The position numbers and the translations under genes were made by a program. A stretch of 63,995 nt of DNA, counting the filler, from Porpidia crustulata (lineage: Eukaryota), in the NCBI GenBank assembly GCA_964255105.1. It is 5 parts of 5 records of this genome, joined end to end, with 100 filler letters (N's around TTAATTAATTAA, not from the genome) between each part and the next. Parts side by side here need not be neighbours in the genome. Positions count along the whole stretch, not along the records: positions 13,045 to 25,937 come from CAXUWE010000474.1; 4 more parts are not named here. One strand, given 5' to 3'. The notes below the pieces were generated by a model. That model saw nothing but the letters and a program-made list of their open reading frames with translations. It did not search any database and had not been told where the DNA came from. This document shows, in pieces, positions 13,421 through 26,037 of the stretch (its first letter is position 1; each line of letters begins with the position of its first letter).

Positions 13421-15373
13421 TCAGTCTACAGCCTTTTCAAAGACCAAAGGCTTCATTTCATCAAACACTCCACCTCTCATCTGCGACGCCACTATCTTCA
13501 AATCTCGCGGCGTTCTCACAACGTTCACCTCCCCCGCCTCCCATCCTTGCAATCTTGCAACTAGCAGCGCCAGGCTACTCGACTTCCACGCCGGAACCTT
13601 CTTTCTCTGTGACCGTCCGATCGCCACCGCGGCGAAGATCAAGCCAAGCAGCGCAAATGCGGCGTGAAATACATAGAACTGCCAGTACACGTAGTAAAAT
13701 GCTTCATTGCGCCATGCCAGGCCGGCAATAGGCCCACTACCTGTTCCACGGCGAATTTGGTTGCTCATTGCCGTGGCGAGAGCATCGACGATCTGACTCG
13801 TGGCGTTAGGACTGGCCGCGACCAGCTTGATGAAGTCTAGCTCGATAGAATTCCCGGTGATGGCGTCGGCGGTTGGCGTGCTAGAGGTGACGAAGTTGTC
13901 GCCGCTGATGTTTTGCTGCGTGAATATGCCGGTAAGCAGATTTGCGATGTCCGACCAGCCTAGGTTGTTGAGCGTATACAACGTCTGGTGCGGAGCCGAA
14001 TCAGACGGTCGCCGCCCATTCAGTGCGGTTGCAGGCACAAAGGTGGTAAAGTTATTGGGGTCTTGAGGCAGGAGCTCGGACTCGGTGATGGAGTCGTAGT
14101 GCACGATACCATTATACGAAGTGGTATTGTGGTACGTCCGTTGACACCAATAAAGGTAGCACTCCGTAGCGTCATAGTCGCGGTACTCGTTGTCGCCGTC
14201 AGCGAAGCGAAGAGTGCTTATATTTGTGAACCCAACAATTGATGGGTCAAGCCCGAACAGATTCTTCGCAGAGACGTCAAGAGCTGGCCTTGGGTCAGAT
14301 ACCGAACGGACGCTGATGTTGGATGAGACTTCTTTGGTGAAGTTGGCACCGCCCGGTAAAGTGTAGTTACAACCGTATTCGATGATAGGTATCGAGCCGT
14401 GCTGGCTCGGAACTTTCATCACGCAGTGACTATTAGTTTGTTCCGTCACATTTCGGCATCGACTGCATACGGCAAGGGTGCTGAACATCGACCAGGTGCA
14501 GTTTCCCGTAGAGCAGGTGTGTGCTAAGGTCGAGCTGACTCCATACATTGTTGAGATGATGGTACCACGCATCACCGTGTCTCGAGGCATATCTTTTTTC
14601 TGTGGCGAGTCAAAGTTGTACGTAGTCGACGCAGGCATGAGCGCCGTCTCATTATGGGACAATGTCCATTTAGTATCCACGTGTAATAATAGTTGTGCAA
14701 ATGGATCGATAGCCAGGGCAATTACAATCAGGACGGCGCCCCATACCGCTAAGAATGACCGTAATCGAAAATTCCAGAGCAGCTGCAATGCGCCGAACGG
14801 ACCTCTGCTAGCAAGATCATACACATCGAGGTGTTCGAGTTTGGCGGTTCGGTTCTGAACTGAGAGCCACTTCAACTGGCTGAGTCCTTCGGTAATGGGC
14901 AAGAGCAGGGCCGACTTGCCGATGGTAGAAAGGAGGGAGATCAGCGCATTAGGTGATATGATCGAAGGTGGCCAGGATGCGATCGCTCGTTGGTTCACCG
15001 GTATCAGGACGCCAAGCATCGCCACAAAGCATACAATACTCAGCATCGCACTGGCGACTTCAAGCGTCCATGAGCCATGAAGGAATGAGGTCGACGGAAT
15101 GCTCTTGGGTGAAGCTCTAGGTGCAGAGGGGCTCTCAGGCAGCAATCTCCCACTCGCCTCGGTAGAGAATTTCTCATCGTTCTTGCTTGGCGCCGGCTCT
15201 GTTACCGATGCTTCCTCAGGTCTTACTTCCTGCGATGTGCAGGATACAGATGAAATGGATCTTGAAAGCCTCTGTGCAGAAAAGCCGTTGTTGACTTCTG
15301 CCGAATTAGTTTCACTAGCTAGGGCAGGGCTTTCACGGCCATCCGATTGCCTTGAAAACCCATTGATAGCCAT
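13421..15373 (-). CDS. DUF3176-family membrane protein (650 aa, single exon)
   Basis: WTLEVAS..LS, ISPNALISLLSTIGK, EGLSQLKW, YDLASRGPFGA, IDPFAQ, CSTGNCTW..FSTLAVCSRC, WKSSSLALL. Confidence 0.88.
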   Translation of the reverse strand: MAINGFSRQSDGRESPALASETNSAEVNNGFSAQRLSRSISSVSCTSQEVRPEEASVTEPAPSKNDEKFSTEASGRLLPESPSAPRASPKSIPSTSFLHGSWTLEVASAMLSIVCFVAMLGVLIPVNQRAIASWPPSIISPNALISLLSTIGKSALLLPITEGLSQLKWLSVQNRTAKLEHLDVYDLASRGPFGALQLLWNFRLRSFLAVWGAVLIVIALAIDPFAQLLLHVDTKWTLSHNETALMPASTTYNFDSPQKKDMPRDTVMRGTIISTMYGVSSTLAHTCSTGNCTWSMFSTLAVCSRCRNVTEQTNSHCVMKVPSQHGSIPIIEYGCNYTLPGGANFTKEVSSNISVRSVSDPRPALDVSAKNLFGLDPSIVGFTNISTLRFADGDNEYRDYDATECYLYWCQRTYHNTTSYNGIVHYDSITESELLPQDPNNFTTFVPATALNGRRPSDSAPHQTLYTLNNLGWSDIANLLTGIFTQQNISGDNFVTSSTPTADAITGNSIELDFIKLVAASPNATSQIVDALATAMSNQIRRGTGSGPIAGLAWRNEAFYYVYWQFYVFHAAFALLGLIFAAVAIGRSQRKKVPAWKSSSLALLVARLQGWEAGEVNVVRTPRDLKIVASQMRGGVFDEMKPLVFEKAVD

Positions 15374-16264
15374 AGCAAGGGTTTGGTAATTCCAATGAAT
15401 TGAGGCTCAAGAGTAAATAACCAGAAGAAACACACAGGGAGGCCCAGCCATCTTAAGTCCATCTTCTACTTTGCGGCATGATGGGCGATCAGGCTGAGGC
15501 TGTCTCTGGAGCGGTTTTATTGGTCGGTCGCATTCCAGCATATCTCCATAAACTTCTCCGCTGTCGCGTCTCCTCCAGATCGCTTCTCATGCACATTGCC
15601 AGCCACACCGCCTTCGACCATCCTATCCCTCGACAGAATGTATTAATAAGTTCTCTATTCTGATGCACATGCGTACATCAGCTAGGCAATTAGCCAATCG
15701 GATGCGACTGTCCAATATTCTCCTCCACTATACGGACTTGAAGCAAGTCTAACCGAAGGCTGTGAAGCTCGAATGGCAGTCCCCTCAGCTGTTGCTCAAC
15801 CTCGTCTCAATCTCGCCTCACTCGGACGGATAGTATAGCGACGCTGTTCATTCTCTAGAACGGACGATGAAATACATATTTAAATTAAAATGATGTATAT
15901 AACTTTTAATTATAATAATAAATATGTTATAATTAATTAAGTAAACAGATAACGACTGCAGTATTAAAAGCAGTGTTTTTAATCTTTTAAGACTTCTTTT
16001 TTCTTTTTTCTTCTTCCAAAATCGATCACACCATTTTGCATACAACGATAGATTAGAAAGGCTTGAGCAAAAAATAAAATAGAAAAAATCTACCTCCACA
16101 TTTCGTAGACCAGCTACGAATTGAAACTATCGACGGCGAAACTCGGTTTCGAACCCTTGAGAAACCCCCCATTCCATCCTCTGCCTCGTCCCTGCCCTTG
16201 AATACTTCTGGGGACCCCTAACCCCCCTAGGACTTCCACATCTCACGGTTCCTTTCACACCATT

Positions 16265-18115
16265 CTAGCCAGCGCCATGACAATTACCGGCACTGCTACC
16301 CCCAGCACTCTGCACCGCGCTGCCCATGCAAGACTTGGTCCCGATCGGCAAGTTCCCAGATGCATACCACTGATACTTGACATCGTTTGGCGTCCACTCA
16401 AAGTGCCAATCAGTGAGAGCTCCACATCCCTTAATCTCCTTTTCCAGGCCGCTGCCATCAGCGCCCAACTTTGCGTCCGGGAAGTTCTTGCCGCGGACTT
16501 CAAAATTATCCAATACGAACTTATACGAGACGTCGCAGCTATCCTCGGTAGGTTTCTTGGCCGTCGGCTCTACCTTGAACTCCCACCCTTCGGGAATGGC
16601 GAACGTGCCACCGAACTTGTAATCGTGGGGATTGTTGAGAGGGTCATTGCCGTCGCAACCGTCGATGATGGCTTTGAACTTTCCTATGCAGTCGCCAATG
16701 ATTGAAAGGGCTTTAGAGTCGTCTTTGTTATGGGCCGAGAGTTTGACGGAGTCGGCGCTACCTTGGAAATATCTTGTTATAGTTAGAGATAAATTGTACC
16801 ATTACGATTAGGGTGAAACTCACTCTTTATCCTTGACGTCTTGTTTGCAGAATTGCTCCGCGGCGGATACTGCCTGATCTCTGCTTAACATCCATGTGTC
16901 TCCACCGACTCCGTGGCATTTAGGAGGCTGAGGAGCGACAGACGGTGGAGAGGCTGTTGTTTTGGGAATGTCGTGATCGTTAAGAAACTTGAGGACTACG
17001 TCACGGATCTTCCCATGACCGCGTGTGCTAGGGTGAAACATGCGTACAGTATCCGACAAAAAGGACTCGGCTTGAGGATCGCCCTTGGCTGCCTCGCCCA
17101 AGGCGTTGATGAAGTCTTCATCGGTCTTAAAGGCGCCAGCCTTCCCGCCTTTGACGCTCGCTTGGTAGGTCGGCATCTTTTCAAAGAGTTTCCGCGCTAC
17201 CTCTGATTTCGGGTCGTCTTTTGTGTAATAGTTGAAAAAATACGTCTCTGGATCATCAGGGCTTGGCTCCTTGCGATCGCAGAATCTGTGGTTATCAAAG
17301 TCCTTATCGTAATCGATCCAATAGACGCCCTTGTCTTTAAAACCGTTGACTGCCTTGGACAACGCTTCGTTGAGTGCGAGCGCAAGTCCATTCATCGCCG
17401 TTCGCCTTTCGACTGTCAGTTTCTGAGCCGCCAGAGGATTCCAGCTTGGCTTAAAGGAAATGTCGTTGCATTGAGTCGTTTTTTGATTGAAGAATTGCGC
17501 ATAGCCGACGACGAAGACTTTGAACCGGTCCCCAACGCTTGTACTGCGGCCTTTGTCGACAACGGCTTTGATGAGGCCGTTGAGATCATCCTTGAATTTT
17601 TGACTCTTGATGGTATCGTGTCCATATTGGATCACCTCTTCGCAATCCAAGCCCCAAAGCTTGAAAGATAAAACGCAAGTGGAGATCAAGTTCAAAATGC
17701 CAATGTCATTGCCCCCCATTGTGATGGTCACAAATTCGGGAGCCTTACCCCAGGCTGGACGTATGCCATTGTTCCCGTCATTTTCGGGCTTATCAAGTAA
17801 TTCTTTATCTTTAATCTGTTGGAAGGTGTTGCCGCTACAAGCGACATTATTAATTTTTGAAGGGACCGGCTTCAGTCCTGCTTGCACAACGAGAGGATAA
17901 GCATTTGGGAAACGGAAGCATCTGTTTGTATCATCTGCTGGCTGAGGTCCAGCTCCGACGCCAGATGCATACGAGTCGCCCATTGCGGTCCATTCTGGTA
18001 TCTGCCCGTCATCACGCCTTCCTAGCCCAATTGGATCATAGAAAGACAGATGGCTTGGATATGCTTGACTCTGCAAGAAGAAGCCAACGAAGGCAAGGAA
18101 GACTTTCGGAAGCAT
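16265..18115 (-). CDS. Secreted SGNH (SEST-like) hydrolase with Cys-rich C-terminal domains
   Basis: Signal peptide MLPKVFLAFVGFFLQSQA; AMGDSYASG, ACSG, TMGGND, FHP; intron 16823-16773 joins a Cys-rich tail (CIGKFKAIIDGCDG..GG; CDVSYK..GCGALTDW..CHGAG). Confidence 0.88.
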
Positions 18116-19291
18116 TGTCAAAGAGTGGATAAGAAAGTAGATCACGTCTTAGTGAAATATGAAAACGAATGTTGAGAAAGGCACCAAATATCGAAGTCTT
18201 CATCTATACCGGGAAAGAAAATCATCTTTCTGAGGAGTCTGTCCATGCTCTTATAGACATGTATCGATCCAAGAGGATTTGACCTGATGATCATTTGAGA
18301 GGCGCGAAGAATTGTAATCTCAAATGAAGTGCCTTACAACCTCAACCCTTGCCGCATGCATGTCAGCAAATATGGAACGATGGTTCTGTATTTTCAGCGG
18401 TCTTTCACGTCCAACAGGCGGACATCAAAGAGCATTGCCTCATTCCTACGATTCTAAACTCACGTCGGAACGTGAAGTATAGAGCGACTCACCCCAAAGC
18501 AATCACAACAGTCCATTTCTCAAACGAAGGGGTGCAGTCAAATTTCATATCCAGGCGTAAAGGAAGAAAAAAGCAGAAACGCTGCCACGATGTGGTCAGG
18601 AATGAGAAAAAGAGGATTCTGGGGCTGCGAAATACGCCACTCAAAATCAAGCCGATGTGTTTCGAATAACGCCTTTGAAATGGTGCCATCGTGACTATTT
18701 GGGAGAAGATGCTTAGAAAGTCGGCTTGAAGACCTGGAAGGAGGTGAGAGGAGTGTGAAGGTGGTTGCATTAGCTCACTCACATTCCATTAAGCATGCAG
18801 CCACTGCCAAAATTGGTATGTAAAACATGCTGAAATACAAAGAGCCGGCTGTGCTCTAGCTCCGTATCAGCCTCAGGTGGCCCGATCTGCAGGCTCTATC
18901 GTAGAAATAATCAGGCCCCCCCCCAAGGATGAAGGAATAGGAGAATGTTTCAGTGGACCAGGCAATGGAAGAAGGGCGTTGCCTCTATGTACCGCTACGG
19001 CATAGGATGGTAAATTCTATAAGCGCAAGAGGTCATGAGGTGCGCAAGGCTGTAGAAATTGTACTAGGAGAAAGCTATGAGGCTGAAGATGAGAAATACA
19101 GCGAGAAAAGGGAGCAACATAGGGTTTCGGTGGATTTTTTGGGCAAGAAGCCGAAGAATTTATTACGAATATAAGAAGCGATCTGATAGATATGCTGTCC
19201 AAAATCTATTGCATTTGGTGTGTATGAAGCAGGCATGCAGGATCGATGCAAATCTCAGAAGCGAGGGAACTAAGCCTTCGGCTAAAACCCT

Positions 19292-19407
19292 TACTCGTTC
19301 CCACCCCCAAACGGTCCGCGCTAGTTAAGATTAGTCAATATAACCCTAACCCTACGCTGTAGCCCTAACCCTAGTTAGAGCGGACCGTTTGGGGGTGGGA
19401 ACGAGTA
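19292..19407. mobile_element. MITE-like element: perfect 28-bp inverted repeats with TA ends, enclosing telomere-like CCCTAA repeats
   Basis: TACTCGTTCCCACCCCCAAACGGTCCGC (19292-19319) and its exact reverse complement (19380-19407); interior TAACCCTAACCCTA and GCCCTAACCCTA. Confidence 0.7.
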
Positions 19408-19730
19408 TCTGGTACTTTAAGGGTTAGGGCTACAGGATCGATTCGAAGCCTGATACCCATAAGCCATCCAAGGGGCGTCTCGCTTAAGGGGTCCAATGAC
19501 TTTTGAAACCCCCTGATGGACTGCCTATCCTGCGAGGCTGAACATTGAAACATACCGATTCGGCGAAGTAAAGTCTATGATGAAATGAACGTAAGCCGTA
19601 AGGTGCCTGAAAAGACACGTCGCTTGCCCGTTCTGGTTCGGAAAGCTTTCCAATTCTGTCTCAGCCGGCCGGCTGTCTACAGCATATACTACTCGACTCT
19701 TATCAGAGTCGTCTTCTCTGATGCTGCAGG

Positions 19731-20685
19731 ATGTTGTCTCCATCAAACCTCTTCTACTGTCTGACTTCAGCGATATTTTTGACATGTTCTGTGACACAGG
19801 CTCTACGTCCTCCCCGAGCGCCAAATCAGATCATTTCCAAGATCGACGAGACACCTCATAATGGTAGTGCTGTGCCTGGTCTCTCACCTGTTAAATATCA
19901 CAACGATCCTGGCAATGACCTTTTCAGAATCAAAAGCCTAGACATGCACCCTAATCCATGCGTCATGTACGTCTTCTATTCCAACCTTCTTTCTACATAC
20001 CAAATCATCCCTTTCATTTCTAAAACCCTTCACTTCATTGCGCATTTCCATCATCAAATAGAACGAAGAAACAGAGCTCAGAAAATGAGAAAAGAGCCAC
20101 GACGATGGAAATCCAAAAGAATGAGAAAAATTACATCCTCCTTCACACACATTCCTCTTCTGACCCAAAAGCAATGACCCCCTAACGCGAAGCAATCACA
20201 ACAGAGAATCTTACTGCACAGTCATCATCAACGGCGCCTTCACAACCTCCCTAACCAACACAACCCCGCACATCTCCTTCAACGTGACCTCGCATCTCCC
20301 CGACGGCCGCACCGGCCTGATCCCCGGCGAAGACGCTTTCTGCAACTGGGTCGACATCGTCCAGGACAACGACGATGAGGATTATGGCACCTCCATGCAC
20401 ACTCTCGCACAAGACCGCGTCCATCAACCCCATCCCCATCTTTCTCCCGACCCCTCTTTCAATCCCATCCGGCACAGGCAGAAGCGCAAAGACTCGACCT
20501 TCTGCCCACCGAAGAAAGGAGATGCGGTGATTAGCGCTACGATCTTGCTACTGGGGGGATATGTTCCGGAAGCGAATTTTACGGCCAAGGTGAAGGCGAC
20601 GGAGGAGGGTGAGGAGGGGAGGACGATTTTTGATTTGTGGACGGAGTTTGAGTTGAAGTATAAGGATGGGATGGTGGTGACGTAA
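19731..20685 (+). CDS. Secreted ML-domain (NPC2/PG-PI transfer protein-like) lipid-binding protein
   Basis: Signal peptide; VPGLSP..DLFRIKSLDMHPNPC; intron 19967-20204; YCTVIING..FC..CPPKKG..VPEANFT pattern. Confidence 0.72.
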
Positions 20686-21600
20686 GGGAGGAGAGGGGAG
20701 GGAATGTTGTGGGGAATGGGATGTTGATGGGAAGGAGAAGTGAGGTGTGGGATAGGATGGGAGGGATTCGATAGGGAGATGTGAAATAAGTTATTTCACC
20801 CCCCTAAGCAAGACTTACCAAGGTAAGACACATCCTCGTCTCGTCAAATATCCACAAAATTCTCACACATTCTCAAACCTTCCAGGCTCACATTCCACTA
20901 TGCTTGAAACTTTTGCGCTTCCACTTTAAATACTTCAACTCATCTGCACTCCAAACGATGGAGGGGGATGAGCAGCCCTAGTGGATGTGCTGACTTTCGC
21001 AGCCGATTATTGGCATGGCTTTTCTTCCTTTCATTTCTGATCTCCGTTAATACCACAACAACACTCGCACCGTCTACTATACAGCGAAAATCGAACCCGC
21101 GCAACCCAACAGATCTCGATCGCAATCGAGAATCGCACAAACATCTTCGGAACATTTTTGATCATTATTTTGTTTTGATTTAGAATAAAGGGGGTTTACC
21201 GGTTAATTATTGCTATAGTTTTTTTTATTGTTGATTGGTGGAGGGGTGGGGGTGGTTTTATCTATTGTGGCTTATACGCTAAGCCTAGCGTGCCTAGCTC
21301 CAAACGGCTTGATCTGCACCAGGTGACAAAAGTCAATGGAGTCAGCCTTACCGAGGCCTCACCAAACCATGTAATTTATTTAATTCTTTCAGTTCCCACC
21401 CACAACCTACCTATGGATTAGATACGGGCGCGCATGTATTAAATGTCATGCCACTGCGATCAGCTAATTGAATTTGGTGGTAAATGTATCAAATTGTATT
21501 TATCGTGATGGCTTTATGTAATTAGCAAACGTCGATGTTTTGGTGGGGCCGAAGATGCCTCGGTAGGGCTGACTCCACTGACTTTTGTCACCCCCTGGTG

Positions 21601-21672
21601 CTGATAAGCTGCTTGATCTGATAAGCTGCTGAGATGCTTGATCTGATAAGATGCTGAATCCGATAAGCTGCT
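21601..21672 (+). promoter_or_regulatory. Tandem cluster of four GATAAG sites, including ATCWGATAA (SreA-type) motifs
   Basis: GATAAG at 21603, 21620, 21645, 21662; ATCTGATAA at 21616 and 21641; ATCCGATAA at 21658. Confidence 0.45.
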
Positions 21673-22098
21673 TTACACGCAATCGACAGGTCAAGCCCAA
21701 CTAACTTACCTTACTAGGATAGTGAACGTTCTGTCGCTCAAAGTAACGATGAATCTATTGACACAGTAAATCAGCATGTCGTCTTCTACTCGAAACGATC
21801 TTCCCTTTGGTTACTGGATTCACTTTTGAATGTACGTTGAGATTGATATCTAATGATGGGTTTATTGGAAATACTTGAACGATCTATTCGAGAAGCGCAC
21901 TTCTGTCTTGGAGATAGATTCCTCAATATTCATGACTTGGGGATGTCAAAACACTCACGTAAGAAAGAGAAAAATAGTAATATGCTGCATGATGGCGCAC
22001 ATTAGTCAACCGTTATCACTTCCACAGGAATACAGCTCTAGGAACAATGGCAGTTGCCAGATTCCAAAAACACTGCATCAGGTTATGGCAAAGCAGAA

Positions 22099-22691
22099 TC
22101 AATGGCTTGTGAAGTACCTCCGATCGATTTGCGGCGCTGTTGGTCTGGATGCGGGATCGTCGAAGGACCCTGGAAGAGTGTAGGAAGAGTATGAGGTGAA
22201 AGCTCGAGGTACGGTAAACGCTGGTTCAGGTTGCGACGGGAAGTTTGTATCGTATTCGCCACTCTGAGTCTTGAGGATCGAGTCCTGGCAGCGCACTGTG
22301 CTGGATTGGCCGGTACTGGCTGCATCGGTCATCAGCGGATGGACAGCATAGTAGAAGTTTATATGGTAAATAAATACATACAATCAGACGGTATAGTGGT
22401 ATTTGGAATGTGTCCCGTAGCATTTCGGTACTCGTATATATCTAGAGCTTGTATAGGTGATTCGTTCTCTTCCCCGTCAACTATCAATGTCTCAAGTCAA
22501 TTGAGCTCATATGAAAAAGGTATTCCAACCTCACTTAATCGATGGCGACGACGGGCACCCTGCCATAGTGCAAGTAAACCAATGATCAACATGACTATCC
22601 CAAAGGCAATACTGGTGATGACTTCGGGGGATATCGAGCTCTGTGTTGATGGAGGAGAAGTAGACGCGGAAACCGAAGGTAGGGACGACAT
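22099..22691 (-). CDS. Possible small single-pass membrane protein (spliced)
   Basis: MSSLPS..ISPEVITSIAFGIVMLIIGLLALWQGARRRHR: Ser-rich N-terminus, TM helix, basic stop-transfer signal; the downstream exon is uncertain. Confidence 0.35.
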
Positions 22692-23698
22692 TGTAAAATA
22701 TAATATATAAGAGCTAGACGGGCTTAAAAGAATCGGACGCGGGAGGGCGTATGAGGTTTTAGGACTCCGGATGAAGCACAAGAAAAGCGTGAGCAGCAGT
22801 ATAGACATGTCAGTAATCGATGTGTAGAGTCAGTGTGCAAAAGAATTAATGAAAGCGTTAAGACGAATCTTCACGAAAGCAGAGGGTGCAAACACCTATT
22901 ATATGATATGACCTACGATAGCCTGTCCATGGTGGCACACACTCGAGTCCAACTGGCCGCAATTGCAGCGTTGAGGTACTTTTGTAATGGACGACTGACA
23001 TAGTAGGGGACGGAGCCACACAGCCAGTCCAAGGTCAACGAGCCCTGAATTCCAAGTAGATTTCCCTCGGAGGACAATGTGGAGACGGGTGGATGGGTTG
23101 GCACTTTTGCAAGCTCATGAATACAGCGAGGGTTCTTTTGCTTACTGCATCTCGAAAGCGTGTTTTGAATTCTTTTGTACACAAGCGTCGATTGGATGCT
23201 CGTGTAGAATGGGTACTTTTGCTGTAGTTGAAAAGCAAAACACAACAGCGCCATTAGGAATCGAATAACGGCTCACGGTAGTACGCACGCAAGGCGAAGG
23301 CACGCTATGACATATCTGTAAGGTTGATGCGTGCTTTGGTACTTTTGTTATAGGGATATTTGTAGCGGCCGGCCAGCTTCCCGAAGCAGCTAGACCCGAT
23401 TATGGCTGACGGTCCTTTTGTCGTGGCGCAGTACCATCATATCGCGGTCGGTATCCTGGCACGCGTGGTACCTAATTGTGAGGTTGATACCGGGTACTTC
23501 ACCATCTTACTTCGCTATGAAAAGTCTGGCAAGCCCGGTCATCATAACGATTTAGAGAAGACACAGCTGCCTCATCCTTTGGCGCATGAATTGTGGGCCA
23601 CCGTTCATTTCCGCCTTGACAGGATTCCTTCTCGGCAAGATTCGAGTCGTTGTCTGAAGGCTGCTCGTCCCTGCCGCCGCGAATGTCCTCTTCCGATC

Positions 23699-25364
23699 AT
23701 GGACAGGATAAAAAGTCACCAGTCTGCCGCTGATCCTTCTACCTTTCATACTGCCAAAGAATGGGAAGGGCAGCGAAAAACCTTTCAGCGACTTTACGTG
23801 ACCGAAGACAAGTCACTTGAGAAGGTGATGGAAGAGATGTATCGGGTTCATGGGTTTCATGCAACGTATGTGACAGTATCCGTACTCGTTGCAATCGATC
23901 TTGTCTCTATGATCTATTACATATTGACACTCAACCCTACACTTACATCTCATTCCATGCCGCCAGTCCTATCAACATGGAATTGCATCTAATGTTTCCA
24001 AGCCAGCGTCAATATAAGCGAAAAATTGCAGCATGGCATTTGGATAAGAACATCAAAGACGAAGAGATGAGAGTCATGCTTTGGTTGCAGAAACAGAGAA
24101 AGACAGTTGAAGGCAAGGACAGCCAGTTCTATGTGAGAGGTCGCCGTGTAGACCCCAGTAAAATGGCCCGCTACGCCCGACGAAAGAATACCATTGGACG
24201 TGTAGAAAGCCGACTACGTAGTAAGTCTAGATCTCAATGCAGTCGAGGCCGCAGTCTACTCTCAAAATTAACCATCACATAGCACTACCGCAACATATCC
24301 GTTGCCATACACCTCCTCTACGAGTCTCACCTGGGCCAGCAGATGAAGCCGAAGATGGGTCAAATGTTCATCGTACACTAGCAGACTCTACCTGGGGACT
24401 TAATGGCGCTCTTGAAGCCGCGGCACCTCAAGAAATTCTTACAGCTGCGGCAATCCTTGCAACATCTCAAGATGTTCTTGAAGCTGCGGCAGCCCTTGCA
24501 ACATCTTGGGACCCATCCACCTCACCCCAAGAGCCACATCTTGAGAGTTCGAATGCATCTGGAGTGCTTCCCAAGGCTACTGATATACACCAAAATCATT
24601 GGCCATTTCTACCAACCTCGCCATACGTACAGGACAGCAGTTCAGATGATTCCCCAGTGCTGCCGAAGACCACAAACACAAATTGTAATCACTCATCAGT
24701 CCGACCACAATCACAATCTGTACAAGATTCAATCTTCCCGGATCATTTCTTAAACTTCTCGCACGCCCAATTAGACTTGTGTCGACAGCTTAGGAAAGAA
24801 CAAAAGATAGATGATAGAATTTTCCCAGGCCGTCTTTTGTATCTCCCGAGGCATAAGCTATACGAGGTTCAGCGCTTGAAGGGGTTATACAGGGGGGGCA
24901 TCGTAGGAAGTACAACATCAAGTCGCTCAGAGAGCAGCAACAATGTTTCAATCGAGTGTGGAAGCAACAAATCGGAAACAGCTCACCATGATTTCTCCAA
25001 CGGTACGGAATTTGTAGCTACTGGAACTGAAGCAAGCAAAGATCGGCCTCGAAAATACCCTTTTATCCAGCAACTACGAACCCAACATAGTACTTTCGAC
25101 GTACCAGGAAGAAATATATCCCCAATTAGACAACACCTTCTTCGTCAAGAAACCGAGTCCAAGACTGACTTGTCCTCAACCACACACGAGGACAGTGAAT
25201 CCCATCAGCTGCTTGATACTCCGGACCGCTCAGTCGTGTTGGGATCGCCCACGGTCGATAACCGTTATGATGAAGCAAACAAGTCCGCACTGAACAACCA
25301 AATACGCCCGGTATACCAGGACGAAATGGATGACTCTTTCTTCTACTACGCCTCCGAATGTTGA
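23699..25364 (+). CDS. Clr5-domain protein, multi-exon
   Basis: KEWEGQRKTFQRLYVTEDKSLEKVMEEMYRVHGFHAT/QRQYKRKIAAWHLDKNIK is the Clr5 N-terminal signature; low-complexity C-terminus; 3' end uncertain. Confidence 0.8.
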
Positions 25365-25937
25365 TCATCTATGGCATGGAAAAAATCAGCAACCGGATAC
25401 TCCAGAACAGCAGCAAGCAAAACAACGTCAATTGAGTGAACAATCTACAGAATCGGCACAGAATTCCAAGGGACTTCCCCCTTTGAACGCACAAGGCGAA
25501 CGACTATTCGGTGCCAAAGCCGCATCCAAGTCCTCCACGACTCGAAAAAGCGGCAGAACCAGAATCGAGAGCCCAGATCCATCACTCATTGAGTCAGCTG
25601 TCGAAGACCGTATGTCGAGGCTTAGAGAGCGACTTTTATCGATGGGTAACTCAAACGGCAGGATTCATTTCGAAGATCAATCTGAAAGACCGTGATTACG
25701 TTGGTGTACCAACGACCGTAAATCGCACGTGTTGTCTCTTACCCCTAACCGGAATCCAGGTCTACGAAATCGAGGACTTCAGGAAGTTGTGACGGATGCA
25801 ACAACATATATTTCGACCAAATTACCGATCTTTGCAAAATCGTAATCAATTCCCTAATCAGCTCCAAATGCCTACCCGGATATAGTAAGCTTCTTTACGC
25901 CAGACTACCCGAACGAGCGCTAACCCTTATCCAGAAA

Positions 25938-26037
25938 NNNNNNNNNNNNNNNNNNNNNNNNNNNNNNNNNNNNNNNNNNNNTTAATTAATTAANNNNNNN
26001 NNNNNNNNNNNNNNNNNNNNNNNNNNNNNNNNNNNNN
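25938..26037. other. Artificial contig spacer
   Basis: N44-TTAATTAATTAA-N44. Confidence 0.99.

Noticed and set aside
24410..24510. ~39-nt tandem duplication (LEAAA..LATS) in the Clr5 gene
   Set aside because: Ordinary coding minisatellite in a disordered region; not a CRISPR-like or amyloid motif I can support.
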